NCBI GenBank assembly: GCA_030636765.1
Contig: DAOVWI010000001.1
Span: 3,951-67,950, forward strand
Origin: Gemmatimonadales bacterium
GTDB taxonomy: Bacteria > Gemmatimonadota > Gemmatimonadetes > Palauibacterales > Palauibacteraceae
Reading direction: 5' to 3'
Length of the DNA: 64,000 bases
The notes under the pieces are model-generated. The model saw only the letters and a program-made list of their open reading frames with translations, searched no databases and was not told where the DNA came from. How positions within the stretch are numbered: the stretch's first letter is position 1; the number at the start of each line of letters is the position of its first letter. This document shows positions 1 to 9,399 of this stretch, piece after piece. A program made the position numbers and the translations under genes.

Positions 1-591
1 CAGCTTGCCGAGGCGGAGGTGTCCGGCGAGCGAGGCGGCCTCGTGCGAGGCCCCTTCCATGAGGTCCCCGTCACTGCAGATCGCGTACGTGTGGTGGTCG
101 ACGATGTCGTGGCCCGGCCGGTTGAACACGGCCGCCAGATGCGCTTCGGCGATCGCCATCCCGACCGAGTTCATCAGGCCCTGGCCGAGGGGTCCGGTGG
201 TCGTCTCCACGCCGGGAGTGTGGAAGTTCTCGGGGTGGCCGGGCGTCTTGCTCCCCCACTGCCGAAAGGCCCGGATGTCGTCCAGCGACAGGTCGAACCC
301 GGTCAGATGAAGCATGGCGTACAGGAGCATCGATGCGTGGCCGGCCGAGAGCACGAAACGGTCCCTGTTGAACCACTTCGGGTTGCCCGGGTTGTAGCGC
401 ATGTGGCGGATCCACAGGACGTAGGCTAGGGGAGCCAGCGCCATCGGCGCGCCGGGATGGCCCGAGTTGGCGCGCTGCACCGCGTCGATCGCCAGCGTGC
501 GGATCGTGTTGATCGAGAGATCCTCGATCGCGACGCTCGCGAGGCCAGTCTCGCCGGCCGGCCCTTCGAGCACCTCCCGGTGCGTCATTCC
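1..591 (-). CDS. tkt: Transketolase, N-terminal TPP-binding part (partial; continues beyond window start)
   Basis: Reverse-strand translation from ATG at 589-591 gives [59 protein letters not shown]...[19 protein letters not shown], a hallmark transketolase N-terminus. No stop inside the window, so it is absent from the ORF track. Confidence 0.9.
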
Positions 592-1034
592 TTCTCGCTC
601 AGCATCCCGGCCACGATGCGGTTGGTGGCATCCAGGGTCGCGGTGGCCGCGGTCTTCACGAGGTCGCCCGTCGCCGGGACCGCGCCGACCACCTGGATGG
701 AGGGCTCTTCGAGGGTCCTCACGCACACCAGCACGATCCGCGTGTCGAACGCCGGGACGATCTTGATGCCGACGAGCTTGAAGTAGTCTGTGCGGCCCGT
801 GGCCTCGGCGATCGCGTCGAGCGTGGCCTGGACGGCGAGCCTGGCCTCGAGCAACTCCGCGGCTACGCCGCTTGCCTCGACGGTGAAGAGCTGCTCCGAC
901 TCCTTCTCCGGGTCGGAGGATGGGAGAGCGAGCGTAACCTTGACGTCAGCGTGAGATCCCCGAGCCCGCCTCGTCTCTGCGGAAACGAACCTGAGCCGCG
1001 GCGCCGGGGTGGAAGCTTCTTTTGGATCCGTCAT
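585..1034 (-). CDS. Hypothetical protein (149 aa) of unknown family
   Basis: C-terminal 149 aa of track ORF 585..2381(-) read protein-like ([10 protein letters not shown]...[64 protein letters not shown]...), whereas the upstream 450 aa are low-complexity R/P/S/A antisense translation. ATG at 1032-1034; its stop overlaps the tkt start. Confidence 0.6.
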   Translation of the reverse strand: MTDPKEASTPAPRLRFVSAETRRARGSHADVKVTLALPSSDPEKESEQLFTVEASGVAAELLEARLAVQATLDAIAEATGRTDYFKLVGIKIVPAFDTRIVLVCVRTLEEPSIQVVGAVPATGDLVKTAATATLDATNRIVAGMLSEKE

Positions 1035-1182
1035 GGGGTCATGTGTCGGTGTCTCATTCCTCATCGAGCCCGGTCGATCGGCCGCCGCCGACAGCCGCTC
1101 GTGACGCGGGTGCGATATTGTATGATGTCGACAACCGGGCCGGAAGTGGTCTAGCTTGCAGGATGCTCCGGAGCACTGACGC

Positions 1183-1929
1183 TTGAGCGTTCTGACCCTC
1201 CACGCGGAGGCGATGGACGGGGCTGGCCCTGGCGCCCTCGTCGTCCTGAATGGGGAAGGGGTTCGCCACGTCCGGGCCGTACGGCTTCGTCCGGGCTCGC
1301 TGGTCCGAATCACCGACGGCAGGGGCGGGATGTGGCGGGCCCGGCTCGAGTCGGTGGGCAGAGAGGGAGTCCGCTGTGTGTTGCTCGAGCGGGCGGCGGC
1401 CGCCGCGGTTCTGGATCTGGAACTGGCGTTCGGCGTGGCGGCCAGGGGGCGAACGCTCTGGCTGGTCGAAAAGGCCGTCGAGCTGGGCGTGGCGGCGCTC
1501 CAGCCCGTCGATCTGGCTCGCTCCGTTTCGGTGGCCGATGCCGCGCGGTCGCCGGCGTTCTGGCGCAAGGCGGAGCGACGGGCCGCCGCTGCCCTCACCC
1601 AAAGCGGAGGAGCCAACCTGCCCGAGCTGCTGCCCACGTGCATGCTGGAGGAGTACCTCCATCGGACGGAGAGGGAGCCTGGCGAGTACCGCGTCGCGCT
1701 GGAGCGGGATGCCGGTGTGCCGCTGCTCGATGTGCTCACGGAGTGGAACGGTCGAGGGCGCATCCGGCTGCTGGTCGGACCCGAGGGAGGGATCACGGCG
1801 GAGGAGCGGGAGGCATGCGGCGAGGCCGGCTTCCGTTTCGCGTCGCTGGGCGACAGGACGCTTCGCTTCGAGACGGCGGCGGTGGCGGCCGTCTCGGCCG
1901 TCAGCCTGATCGTGCACGCCGGGGGCTGA
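1183..1929 (+). CDS. rsmE: 16S rRNA (uracil1498-N3)-methyltransferase RsmE
   Basis: PUA-like N-terminus plus SPOUT C-terminus (LLVGPEGGITAEEREA...GFRFASLGDRTLRFETAAVAAVSAV). Start is uncertain; an alternative ATG lies at about 1213. Confidence 0.85.
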   Translation: MSVLTLHAEAMDGAGPGALVVLNGEGVRHVRAVRLRPGSLVRITDGRGGMWRARLESVGREGVRCVLLERAAAAAVLDLELAFGVAARGRTLWLVEKAVELGVAALQPVDLARSVSVADAARSPAFWRKAERRAAAALTQSGGANLPELLPTCMLEEYLHRTEREPGEYRVALERDAGVPLLDVLTEWNGRGRIRLLVGPEGGITAEEREACGEAGFRFASLGDRTLRFETAAVAAVSAVSLIVHAGG

Positions 1930-1979
1930 CGCATCGGACCTGCCGGGATCTGATGCTTGCGCACGCCGGGCGCTGACGT

Positions 1980-2336
1980 TTGATAGAGGGGGAGCCAGTG
2001 GACTGCCTGTTCTGCAGGATCGTGAGCGGAAAGGTGCCGGCCGATCTCATCGCCGAGGGCGATCGCTGGATCGCCTTTCGCGACATCAACCCGCAGGCGC
2101 CGACGCACGTGCTGATCGTGCCCCGGGAGCACGTGGAGAGCCTCTCGAGCCTGGATGAGTCGAGGGCGGGGCTCGGGGGAGAGCTCCTGCGGGCCGCCGC
2201 GGCCGTGGCCCGCATGGACGGGTTGGAGGACGGCTACCGAGTGGTCGCCAACACCGGAGCGGACGGCGGCCAGAGCGTTCCGCACCTGCATCTGCACGTT
2301 CTCGGCGGTCGCCCCATGCGCTGGCCACCGGGGTGA
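1980..2336 (+). CDS. HIT family (histidine triad) protein
   Basis: CLFCRIV...PQAPTHVLIVPREH...HLHLHVLGG histidine-triad motif. Confidence 0.9.
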   Translation: MIEGEPVDCLFCRIVSGKVPADLIAEGDRWIAFRDINPQAPTHVLIVPREHVESLSSLDESRAGLGGELLRAAAAVARMDGLEDGYRVVANTGADGGQSVPHLHLHVLGGRPMRWPPG

Positions 2337-2358
2337 TGTGACCGCCGTACCCGCCGGC

Positions 2359-4812
2359 ATGGCCCCCGCGGAGACCGGCATGAGCCCGGAAAGCCCCCAC
2401 GATCACGCCCTCAGGCTGATCGAGTTCCCCCGGATCCTCGAGCTCGTAGCGCGCCTGGCCACCAGCCCGCTCGGCGCGGAGTGGGTGAGGGCCCTTCGCC
2501 CGCACCTCGAGCGCGAGGCAGCGACCAGGGCGCTCGCGGCGACCGACGACATGGTCACCTTCCTCCTTCGAACGCCAGACTGGGCTCCGCCTCCCGTTCC
2601 CGATGTGCGAGCCGCGCTGGGCCGTCTGGAGATCGATGGGTCGGTGCTGGACGAAGAGGCGCTGGCCGGCATCGCCACCCTGCTGCGCTCCTCCCGCCGG
2701 GCCAGAGGCGAGATCCGGAGGCGCTCGGAGGCGTTCGGCTACGTCGGCGAGCTGGCGGACGGGCTCGTGAAGAGGACCGACGTGGAGGAGCGGCTTGATC
2801 GCTCCCTGGACAGCGCCGGGGAGGTGGCGGACGGGGCCTCTCCGGCCCTCGCGAGGCTGCGGCGGCAGATGCGCTCCGAGCGGAGCACGCTGGTCGCACG
2901 GCTCGAGCGCTTCGCCGGGGCGCTACCCGAGCGCTTCGGGGTGGCGGACGCCTCGATCACGATACGCTCCGGCAGATACTGCGTACCGATCCGCCGTGAA
3001 GGTCGGTCGCACGTGGGTGGTCTCGTGCACGACGAATCCGCCAGCAGTCGGACGCTCTTCGTCGAGCCGCCCCTTGCCATCGAGCCGATGAACCGGGTTC
3101 GGGAGCTGGAGCTTTCCGAGCGCCGTGAGGTGCGCCGAATTCTGAGCGAACTCACCGAGCTTCTGCGTCCGCTTGTGGATGCGTTGAGAGGGTGCTTGAA
3201 AGCTCTCACGGAGATCGACGCCCTGTTCGCCAGGGCGACGTACGCGCTTGCGCACGGCGGGACGCGGCCCGAGCTCGGTGCGGATGGCGATCGCGGTATC
3301 TACCGCATCAGAGGGGGCTACCACCCGATCCTCCTGGCGGTGGACGAGCGTGCGGTTCCGTTCGATCTGGAGCTTGCCCTGCCGGAGACGGTGGTTCTCG
3401 TCAGCGGGCCGAATGCCGGCGGAAAGACGGTGCTCCTGAAGGCGATCGGGCTGGTGTCGGCGATGGCACAGAGCGGCATCGTCCCGCCCGTCGGGGAGGG
3501 AACCGCTCTGCCGACCTTTCGCAGCTTCTTCGCGATCATCGGGGACGAGCAGTCCATCGATGCGTCTCTCTCGACGTTCAGCGCTCAGATCGCGAACCTG
3601 CGCGAGATCGTGGAGAGAAGTGACCGTTCGTCGCTAGTGCTGATCGATGAGATCGGCGGCAACACGGATCCGGCAGAGGGTTCGGCGCTCGCCGCCGCCA
3701 CGCTGCTTCGGCTGGCGGGCCAGGCGGCTCTTTCGGTGGTGACCACGCACCTGGGAGATCTGAAGACGCTGGCAGGTGAGGACGAGAGGGTCGTGAACGC
3801 CTCGCTCCAGTTCGATCCCGGGACGCTTCGGCCCACCTACCGACTGGTTCGGGATCGGCCCGGCCGCAGCTACGCGCTCGAGATCTCCGAGAGGCTCGGG
3901 CTGCCCGACGACCTGCTTGCCGCCGCCCGTGGCCGGCTGTCGACCGGTACGCGGGCGCTGGACGCAGTGCTCTCGGAGCTGGAGGTCCGGGAGGAGGAGC
4001 TTGGACGGCTCCGGGCCCGTCTGGATCTCGACCATCGGGAGCTGGAGAGGGTGCGCGAGGGGCTCGAGAAGGCGCTGGCGGAGGCGGAGCACCGGGAGAC
4101 GGAGCTCGCGGATCGCGAGAGGGCGCTGGAGACCGACGGCCGCCGGCGGGCCGAGCGATACCTGCTGGATGCGAGGCGTGAGGTGGAGCAGGCGATCGAG
4201 CGGCTGGAGGCGCGTTACGGCGATGCCATGAGCACATCCGCCGGGGCGACCGCCCGGGATCCGGCGACGATCGCCAAGGAGGCGCGCTCGACGGTGGAGC
4301 GGTCGCTCCAGGAGCTGCGCAGGGGGACGGCCGAGGCACGCCCGGTCGCGAAGGACGCCACGGAGGTGGGAGCCGGGGACTTCGTTCGTGTCGCCTCTCT
4401 CGGGAGGGGAGGCCGCGTGCTCGAGCTGCGGGGCGGCCGCGCGATCATAGACGCCGGCGGCGTCAGGCTCACCGTCCCGGTGGAGGAGCTGGAGGCGGAT
4501 GAGGAGCCTTCTCCGCCGCGGATGAGGGGGCATGGGACCCTCCGGATGCCCTTGCTGGAGGCCCGTCCGGAGGTGGACCTCCGGGGCTTGCGTGCCGACG
4601 AGGTCGAGGCGCTTCTCGTGCCGGCGATCGACGCGGCGATCCAGGCGGATCTTCCCTCGCTGCGTATCATACATGGGAAGGGTACCGGGGCGCTGCGCGA
4701 GGTGGTTCGGGAGCTGCTCGCCGGAGATGGGCGGATCCCGAGCTTCAGGCTCGGCAGCCACGAGGAGGGCGGAAGCGGCGTCACGCTGGTCGAGCTGGTA
4801 AAGGGCACATGA
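2359..4812 (+). CDS. mutS2: Endonuclease MutS2
   Basis: MutS ATPase Walker A (VVLVSGPNAGGKTVLLKAIG), long coiled-coil region, C-terminal Smr domain (LRIIHGKGTGALREVV...). Start is ATG 2359 (MAPAETG); an alternative GTG lies at 2338. Confidence 0.9.
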   Translation: MAPAETGMSPESPHDHALRLIEFPRILELVARLATSPLGAEWVRALRPHLEREAATRALAATDDMVTFLLRTPDWAPPPVPDVRAALGRLEIDGSVLDEEALAGIATLLRSSRRARGEIRRRSEAFGYVGELADGLVKRTDVEERLDRSLDSAGEVADGASPALARLRRQMRSERSTLVARLERFAGALPERFGVADASITIRSGRYCVPIRREGRSHVGGLVHDESASSRTLFVEPPLAIEPMNRVRELELSERREVRRILSELTELLRPLVDALRGCLKALTEIDALFARATYALAHGGTRPELGADGDRGIYRIRGGYHPILLAVDERAVPFDLELALPETVVLVSGPNAGGKTVLLKAIGLVSAMAQSGIVPPVGEGTALPTFRSFFAIIGDEQSIDASLSTFSAQIANLREIVERSDRSSLVLIDEIGGNTDPAEGSALAAATLLRLAGQAALSVVTTHLGDLKTLAGEDERVVNASLQFDPGTLRPTYRLVRDRPGRSYALEISERLGLPDDLLAAARGRLSTGTRALDAVLSELEVREEELGRLRARLDLDHRELERVREGLEKALAEAEHRETELADRERALETDGRRRAERYLLDARREVEQAIERLEARYGDAMSTSAGATARDPATIAKEARSTVERSLQELRRGTAEARPVAKDATEVGAGDFVRVASLGRGGRVLELRGGRAIIDAGGVRLTVPVEELEADEEPSPPRMRGHGTLRMPLLEARPEVDLRGLRADEVEALLVPAIDAAIQADLPSLRIIHGKGTGALREVVRELLAGDGRIPSFRLGSHEEGGSGVTLVELVKGT

Positions 4813-4820
4813 AGGCTCAG

Positions 4821-5008
4821 CAGGTCGCTGAAAAACCCTGGTGGGTCGCGCGCATGGGTTACGGCGGCGTGGGGGCATCTCCTGCGTTATCGCTCCTCCC
4901 CGATACGCACGGTATCGCCTTCGTCGCGCCGCCTTGGATCTGCGGGGCACCCGCCGCAGGTGGGTCCGGCGCTCATAACGCGACCCACCAGGGTTTTTCA
5001 GCGACCTG
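4821..5008. repeat. TIR-bounded repeat element, copy 1 (188 bp)
   Basis: Left arm CAGGTCGCTGAAAAACCCTGGTGGGTCGCG (4821-4850) and right arm CGCGACCCACCAGGGTTTTTCAGCGACCTG (4979-5008) form a perfect 30-bp inverted repeat. The ~85-nt internal core is 81/85 identical to copy 2. It begins 9 nt after the mutS2 stop. Confidence 0.85.
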
Positions 5009-5044
5009 TCATGGGCAGCCGAGGTCGTTCGCGGCCGGGGTTCG

Positions 5045-6910
5045 GTGGTAAGCGACGCTCTCGTAGAGGAGATTCGGGCGCGCGCGGATCTCGTGGAGAT
5101 CTGCAGCGAGCACATGGCGCTGAAGCGCGTCGGAAAGAGCTACCGCGGTCCGTGCCCCCTCCACGGTGGTGAGGGGAGGAACTTCTCGGTCGATCCGGAT
5201 CGGGGAATCTATAAGTGCTTCGTGTGCGGCGAGGGGGGAGATGCCTTCGCCTTCGTGATGCAGCTTCTCGGCTTGGATTTTCCCGGTGCGGTGCGGTACG
5301 TGGCCGACCGGGTGGGTGTCGAGATCCCGGATGCCGAGGATCGGCGACCCGATCCGTACGCGGGCCTCCGCGAGGTGACGGCCTTCGCCGAGGAGTGGTT
5401 CGTAGGGCGCCGGAAGAGCGAGGAGGGCCTCGCGACCCGGGAATACCTGAAGGGGCGTGGCTTCGACGAGGAGACGGCCGACCGATACGCCCTGGGATTC
5501 GCCCCTGACTCCTGGCGCGGACTTCGCGACGCGGCGCGCGAGCGGGGCATCGGCGATGAGGTGCTGCTGGAGGTAGGGTTGCTCGCTGCCAGCGAGCGGG
5601 CCGCCGAGCCGTATGATCGATTCCGCAACCGCCTGATCTTCTCCATCCAGGACACGCGGGATCGGCCGATCGCGTTCGGGGGCCGCTGGCTGGGCCCGGG
5701 CGACCGCGACACGCCGAAGTACATCAACTCGCCGGACTCTCCGATCTTCGAAAAGGGACGCACCCTCTACCTGCTGAACGCTTCCCGTCACGCCATGAGA
5801 CGCGCGAAGGCTGCGCTGGTGGTCGAGGGGTACATGGATGCGCTGACGCTGCACATCCAGGGCTTCGAGAACGCGGTCGCGCCCCTCGGCACTGCGCTGG
5901 GCGGCGCGCAGGCGGCCCTGATCGCCCGCTACGCATCCCGTGCCTACCTGATATACGATTCCGACGACCCGGGCCGACGGGCCAGCTTCCGGGCCGCCGA
6001 CACCCTGCTTCGAGAGGGCACTCACCCGCTGATCGTCACGCTGCCGCCCGGGGAGGATCCGGATTCTTTCGTCCGCGGGCAGGGGGCGGAGCGCTTCGCC
6101 GGACTCCTCGAAGACGCGATGGATGTGCTGGAGCTGAAGCTGAAGATCCTTGGCGAGCGGGGATACCTGGATTCGGCCGAGGGGCGGCGGCGGGCTCTCG
6201 ATGGGTTGCTCAGCACCCTGCGCGCCGTGCGCGATCCCGCCCTGAGCGACATCTATATCGGCCGGGTCGCCGAGACCACCGGCGTTCGCAGGGAGACGAT
6301 CGTCCACGAGGTCGCGCGGATGGCGTCGGCGCGGAGGGAGCGGCCGAGGCGCCGAGAGGCGGCACCCTCCGGGGCGAGCCAGGGGCGTCCGGACGGCGAG
6401 GTGGCGGCGGAGCGCAACCTCCTCCTCTTGCTTCTCAGAGACTCGCTGGTTACCGAGGGCTCGGCCTCGGCGCGATCGTGGGTGCGGCGCACCCTGGATG
6501 CAGGCGTGGGGCCCGAGCACTTTGAGGATGCGGGGTATCGCGCTCTGTATGGGGCCCTGACGGAGGCGCAAGTAGAGCCCGGCGCGGGCGAGCTGTTGGA
6601 GGCGTTTCCGAAGGAGCTGCGCCCGCTCGTAGATGGCCTGCTACGGGATGCCACCGAGCTGACGCATCCGGAAGAGATCTACGAGGCGTCCGTGGAGCGG
6701 CTCCTGTATCGTCCCGCCGAGCGACGCCTCCGGGAGATCCGGCGCGAGATGAAGATGGCCGACGAGGCGCAGAAGAGGGAGCTCTTGCGGGAGCAGATGC
6801 GTATCCGGGCGCGGCTTCCCGAAACGGAGAAGACTCGTCTGGCTCTGGTCCTTCCGTGGCTCGAGCGATACGAACCTTCCAGACTCGAAGAATGGCAGGG
6901 CGATGGATGA
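5045..6910 (+). CDS. dnaG: DNA primase DnaG
   Basis: Zinc-finger CPLHGGEGRNFSV...YKCFVCGEGGDAFAF, Toprim domain (VVEGYMDALTL...YLIYDSDDPG); GTG start. Confidence 0.95.
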   Translation: MVSDALVEEIRARADLVEICSEHMALKRVGKSYRGPCPLHGGEGRNFSVDPDRGIYKCFVCGEGGDAFAFVMQLLGLDFPGAVRYVADRVGVEIPDAEDRRPDPYAGLREVTAFAEEWFVGRRKSEEGLATREYLKGRGFDEETADRYALGFAPDSWRGLRDAARERGIGDEVLLEVGLLAASERAAEPYDRFRNRLIFSIQDTRDRPIAFGGRWLGPGDRDTPKYINSPDSPIFEKGRTLYLLNASRHAMRRAKAALVVEGYMDALTLHIQGFENAVAPLGTALGGAQAALIARYASRAYLIYDSDDPGRRASFRAADTLLREGTHPLIVTLPPGEDPDSFVRGQGAERFAGLLEDAMDVLELKLKILGERGYLDSAEGRRRALDGLLSTLRAVRDPALSDIYIGRVAETTGVRRETIVHEVARMASARRERPRRREAAPSGASQGRPDGEVAAERNLLLLLLRDSLVTEGSASARSWVRRTLDAGVGPEHFEDAGYRALYGALTEAQVEPGAGELLEAFPKELRPLVDGLLRDATELTHPEEIYEASVERLLYRPAERRLREIRREMKMADEAQKRELLREQMRIRARLPETEKTRLALVLPWLERYEPSRLEEWQGDG

Positions 6911-7628
6911 ACAGTTGACGGCCAACGAGACCTTTGAAGCGCTCCGTGCCCTGGAGCAGTTCGACCGCGAGATCGCGGGCTTCATGCAGCGGCTCGCTGC
7001 GCTGGAGCCGGAAGTGATGGAGGCCGAGGGGAGGTTGAGCGAGCTGGGGTCGCAGGCCAAGGCGGCTCGGGCGCGGATCGAGAAGATCGACGCCCGGCTC
7101 CGGAAGTTCGAGCGGGCCTCCCAGGCAGGTCGGGAGACGCTCAAACGACTCCAGCAGCGGGCGAAGGAGGTACAGAACCTGAAGCAGCATACGGCCGTCC
7201 GCCTGGAGACGGATGCGGCCCGCCGCAATCTGGAGGCGGCCGAGGACGAGCTTCTCGAGAGCATGCAGGACGCGGAGGAGGCGGGCGGCGCGCTCGCGGC
7301 GATCGAACACGAGCTGGAGGAGCAGCGGACGGCGTACGAGGCGCTGAAGGCCGAGACAGGCGCGCGGCGCGCCGAGCTGGAGGCCGAGATCTCGGTGCAG
7401 CGAGATCGGCGACAGAACCGCGAGCTCCGGCTGGATCGTGCCGCCCTCCGTCTGTACGAGTCCGTTCGAGGTGGGCGAACCCGGCAGGCGCTGGCACCCG
7501 TGACGCCCGACGGCGTTTGCGGCCACTGTTACACGTTCGTTCCCCTGCAGCGGCAGGCGGAGATTCGCATGGGTCGGCGCCTCTTCCTGTGCGAGGGCTG
7601 CGGCATCATCCTCTATCCCGGGGACTGA
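6903..7628 (+). CDS. Coiled-coil zinc-ribbon protein (COG1579-like)
   Basis: Long coiled-coil N-terminus with C-terminal CGHC...CEGCG zinc ribbon; start overlaps the dnaG stop (ATGGATGA). Confidence 0.8.
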   Translation: MDEQLTANETFEALRALEQFDREIAGFMQRLAALEPEVMEAEGRLSELGSQAKAARARIEKIDARLRKFERASQAGRETLKRLQQRAKEVQNLKQHTAVRLETDAARRNLEAAEDELLESMQDAEEAGGALAAIEHELEEQRTAYEALKAETGARRAELEAEISVQRDRRQNRELRLDRAALRLYESVRGGRTRQALAPVTPDGVCGHCYTFVPLQRQAEIRMGRRLFLCEGCGIILYPGD

Positions 7629-7635
7629 CCGGAGG

Positions 7636-9399
7636 GTGACCGGGGCCATCCGTCCGGAGCCTCGCTGGGTCGACCCGGAGCCGGTTTCCGAAGCCGACGT
7701 CGCGGCTCTGCACGGAGCGCTTGGCTTACCGCTTCTCGTCTGTCGCATTCTGGTGCGCCGCGGGTACGCCGATGAGGAATCCGTCCGCTCCTACCTCCGC
7801 CCGCACCTGGAATCCCTGCCTCCACCCGGGCTGCTTCCCGATATGATGGCGGCCGTCGGGCGAATCGAACGGGCGCTCGAGACCGGCGAGACCATCCTGG
7901 TGCACGGGGATTTCGACGTCGACGGCATGGCCGGCGCGGCGCTCCTGGCGCGCGGTCTCCGGGCGCTGGGAGGGGAGGTGGAAGCCTTCGTCCCTGACCG
8001 GTTGGTGGACGGGTACGACCTCGGTCCGGCCGGCCTTCGTCGAGCCCGCGAGGTCCGGGCGGGTCTGATCGTCACGGTCGACTGTGGGATGACGGCCGTG
8101 GAGGCGGTCGAGGAGGCGACCCGGGATGGATTCGACGTCATCGTCACCGACCACCATCGGCCGGCCGTCCGCCAGCCGCCCGCCCTGGCCGTCGTCAATC
8201 CCCAGCGGGCCGACAGCGAGTATCCGTTCGATGGGCTCAGTGGTGTTGGCGTGGCGTTCAAGCTGCTGGCGGCGCTCTACACCCACGTCGGTCGTCCTTC
8301 GGCCGACCTGAATCCGCATCTCGACCTGGTGGCCCTCGGGACGATCGCCGATCGGGCGCCGCTCATCGGAGAGAACCGCGTCCTGGTGAAGGCCGGGCTC
8401 CGGGTTCTGGCTCATACTCGTAACGCCGGCTTACGCGCCCTGATGGCGAGCGCGCGTCTCCAACCGCTGGGTGGCCGTGTGTCGGAGGAGGACGCGGCGT
8501 TTCAGCTCGCGCCCCGACTGAACGCGGCGGGACGGATGGGTGCCGCGAAAGAAGGGCTGCTGCTCCTGGTCACCGAGAACCCATCGGAAGCGGAGGCGCT
8601 TGCCCGGCGACTGGACTCGCTCAACCGCCAGCGCCGCTTGACGGATCAGCGGGTGCTTGCCGAGGCGGAGGCTCAGCTGGACGAGCCCAGGCATGCCGAG
8701 GGGCACGCGGCCGTCGTCCTGTCCAGCGATGCCTGGCATCCCGGGGTGATCGGCATCGTCGCTTCCAGGCTTGCCGAGCGGCTCGGTCGGCCGGCCGTGC
8801 TGATCGCGTTCGACGACGATCGGGGGAGAGGCTCCGCCCGCTCGGCGGGCGGAGTGAACCTGATCCGCGCTCTCGACGAGTGCGCTCCGCTGCTGGAGCG
8901 CTACGGAGGCCACCGTCAGGCGGCCGGGTTCGACGTCCGTCGCGAGAACCTCGCCGAGTTCTCCGCGCGATTCGTGCAGACCGTCGCACGGATAAATGAG
9001 GAGCGAAGCGCGGGCGACGCGGCGAGCGAAGGCGGCGACGCGGTGGATGGTGGGGACATCGTGATCGACCTGTCTCTCACGATCCGGGAGGCCGCCGAGG
9101 CGATGCCCCGCTGGATGCGATACCTGGAACCGTTCGGCGATGCGAACCCGAGGCCCATTTTCCGTGCGGGCAACGTCGAGCTGGCTGGCGTCTCGCGCGT
9201 GGGGGCCGACGGAGGGCACCTGCGAGCGGTGGTCGTCGGAGAGGAGGGAGGCCGGCTGGATGCGATCGGTTTCGGCATGGGGGGGCGCGCGGACGACATG
9301 GGGAGGGGTAGATGGGAGGTGGCCTTCGAGCTCGTGGAGGACACCTGGCGGAACCGTAATCGGGTGCAGGCCCGGTTGCTGGACGCGCGGCCGACTTGA
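7636..9399 (+). CDS. recJ: Single-stranded-DNA-specific exonuclease RecJ
   Basis: DHH motifs (ILVHGDFDVDGMAG, VTDHH), DHHA1 domain, C-terminal OB-fold region; GTG start at 7636. Confidence 0.95.
   Translation: MTGAIRPEPRWVDPEPVSEADVAALHGALGLPLLVCRILVRRGYADEESVRSYLRPHLESLPPPGLLPDMMAAVGRIERALETGETILVHGDFDVDGMAGAALLARGLRALGGEVEAFVPDRLVDGYDLGPAGLRRAREVRAGLIVTVDCGMTAVEAVEEATRDGFDVIVTDHHRPAVRQPPALAVVNPQRADSEYPFDGLSGVGVAFKLLAALYTHVGRPSADLNPHLDLVALGTIADRAPLIGENRVLVKAGLRVLAHTRNAGLRALMASARLQPLGGRVSEEDAAFQLAPRLNAAGRMGAAKEGLLLLVTENPSEAEALARRLDSLNRQRRLTDQRVLAEAEAQLDEPRHAEGHAAVVLSSDAWHPGVIGIVASRLAERLGRPAVLIAFDDDRGRGSARSAGGVNLIRALDECAPLLERYGGHRQAAGFDVRRENLAEFSARFVQTVARINEERSAGDAASEGGDAVDGGDIVIDLSLTIREAAEAMPRWMRYLEPFGDANPRPIFRAGNVELAGVSRVGADGGHLRAVVVGEEGGRLDAIGFGMGGRADDMGRGRWEVAFELVEDTWRNRNRVQARLLDARPT

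Noticed and set aside
585-2381. 598-aa minus-strand ORF from the track
   Set aside because: Apart from the last 149 codons (annotated separately), the translation is low-complexity R/P/S/A-rich and antisense to clear plus-strand genes (rsmE, HIT); this is typical of spurious high-GC antisense ORFs.
4809-5051. 80-aa plus-strand ORF inside repeat copy 1 (and 33081..33362 in copy 2)
   Set aside because: The ORFs in the two copies use different frames relative to the conserved core, and start codons are not conserved (ATG versus ACG on the reverse strand), so the element is unlikely to be protein-coding.
3634-5115. 493-aa minus-strand ORF overlapping mutS2 and the repeat element
   Set aside because: Antisense to MutS2, Arg/Pro-rich translation with no recognisable motifs.
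5009-6571. 520-aa minus-strand ORF overlapping dnaG
   Set aside because: Fully antisense to the unmistakable DnaG; composition is typical of high-GC shadow ORFs.
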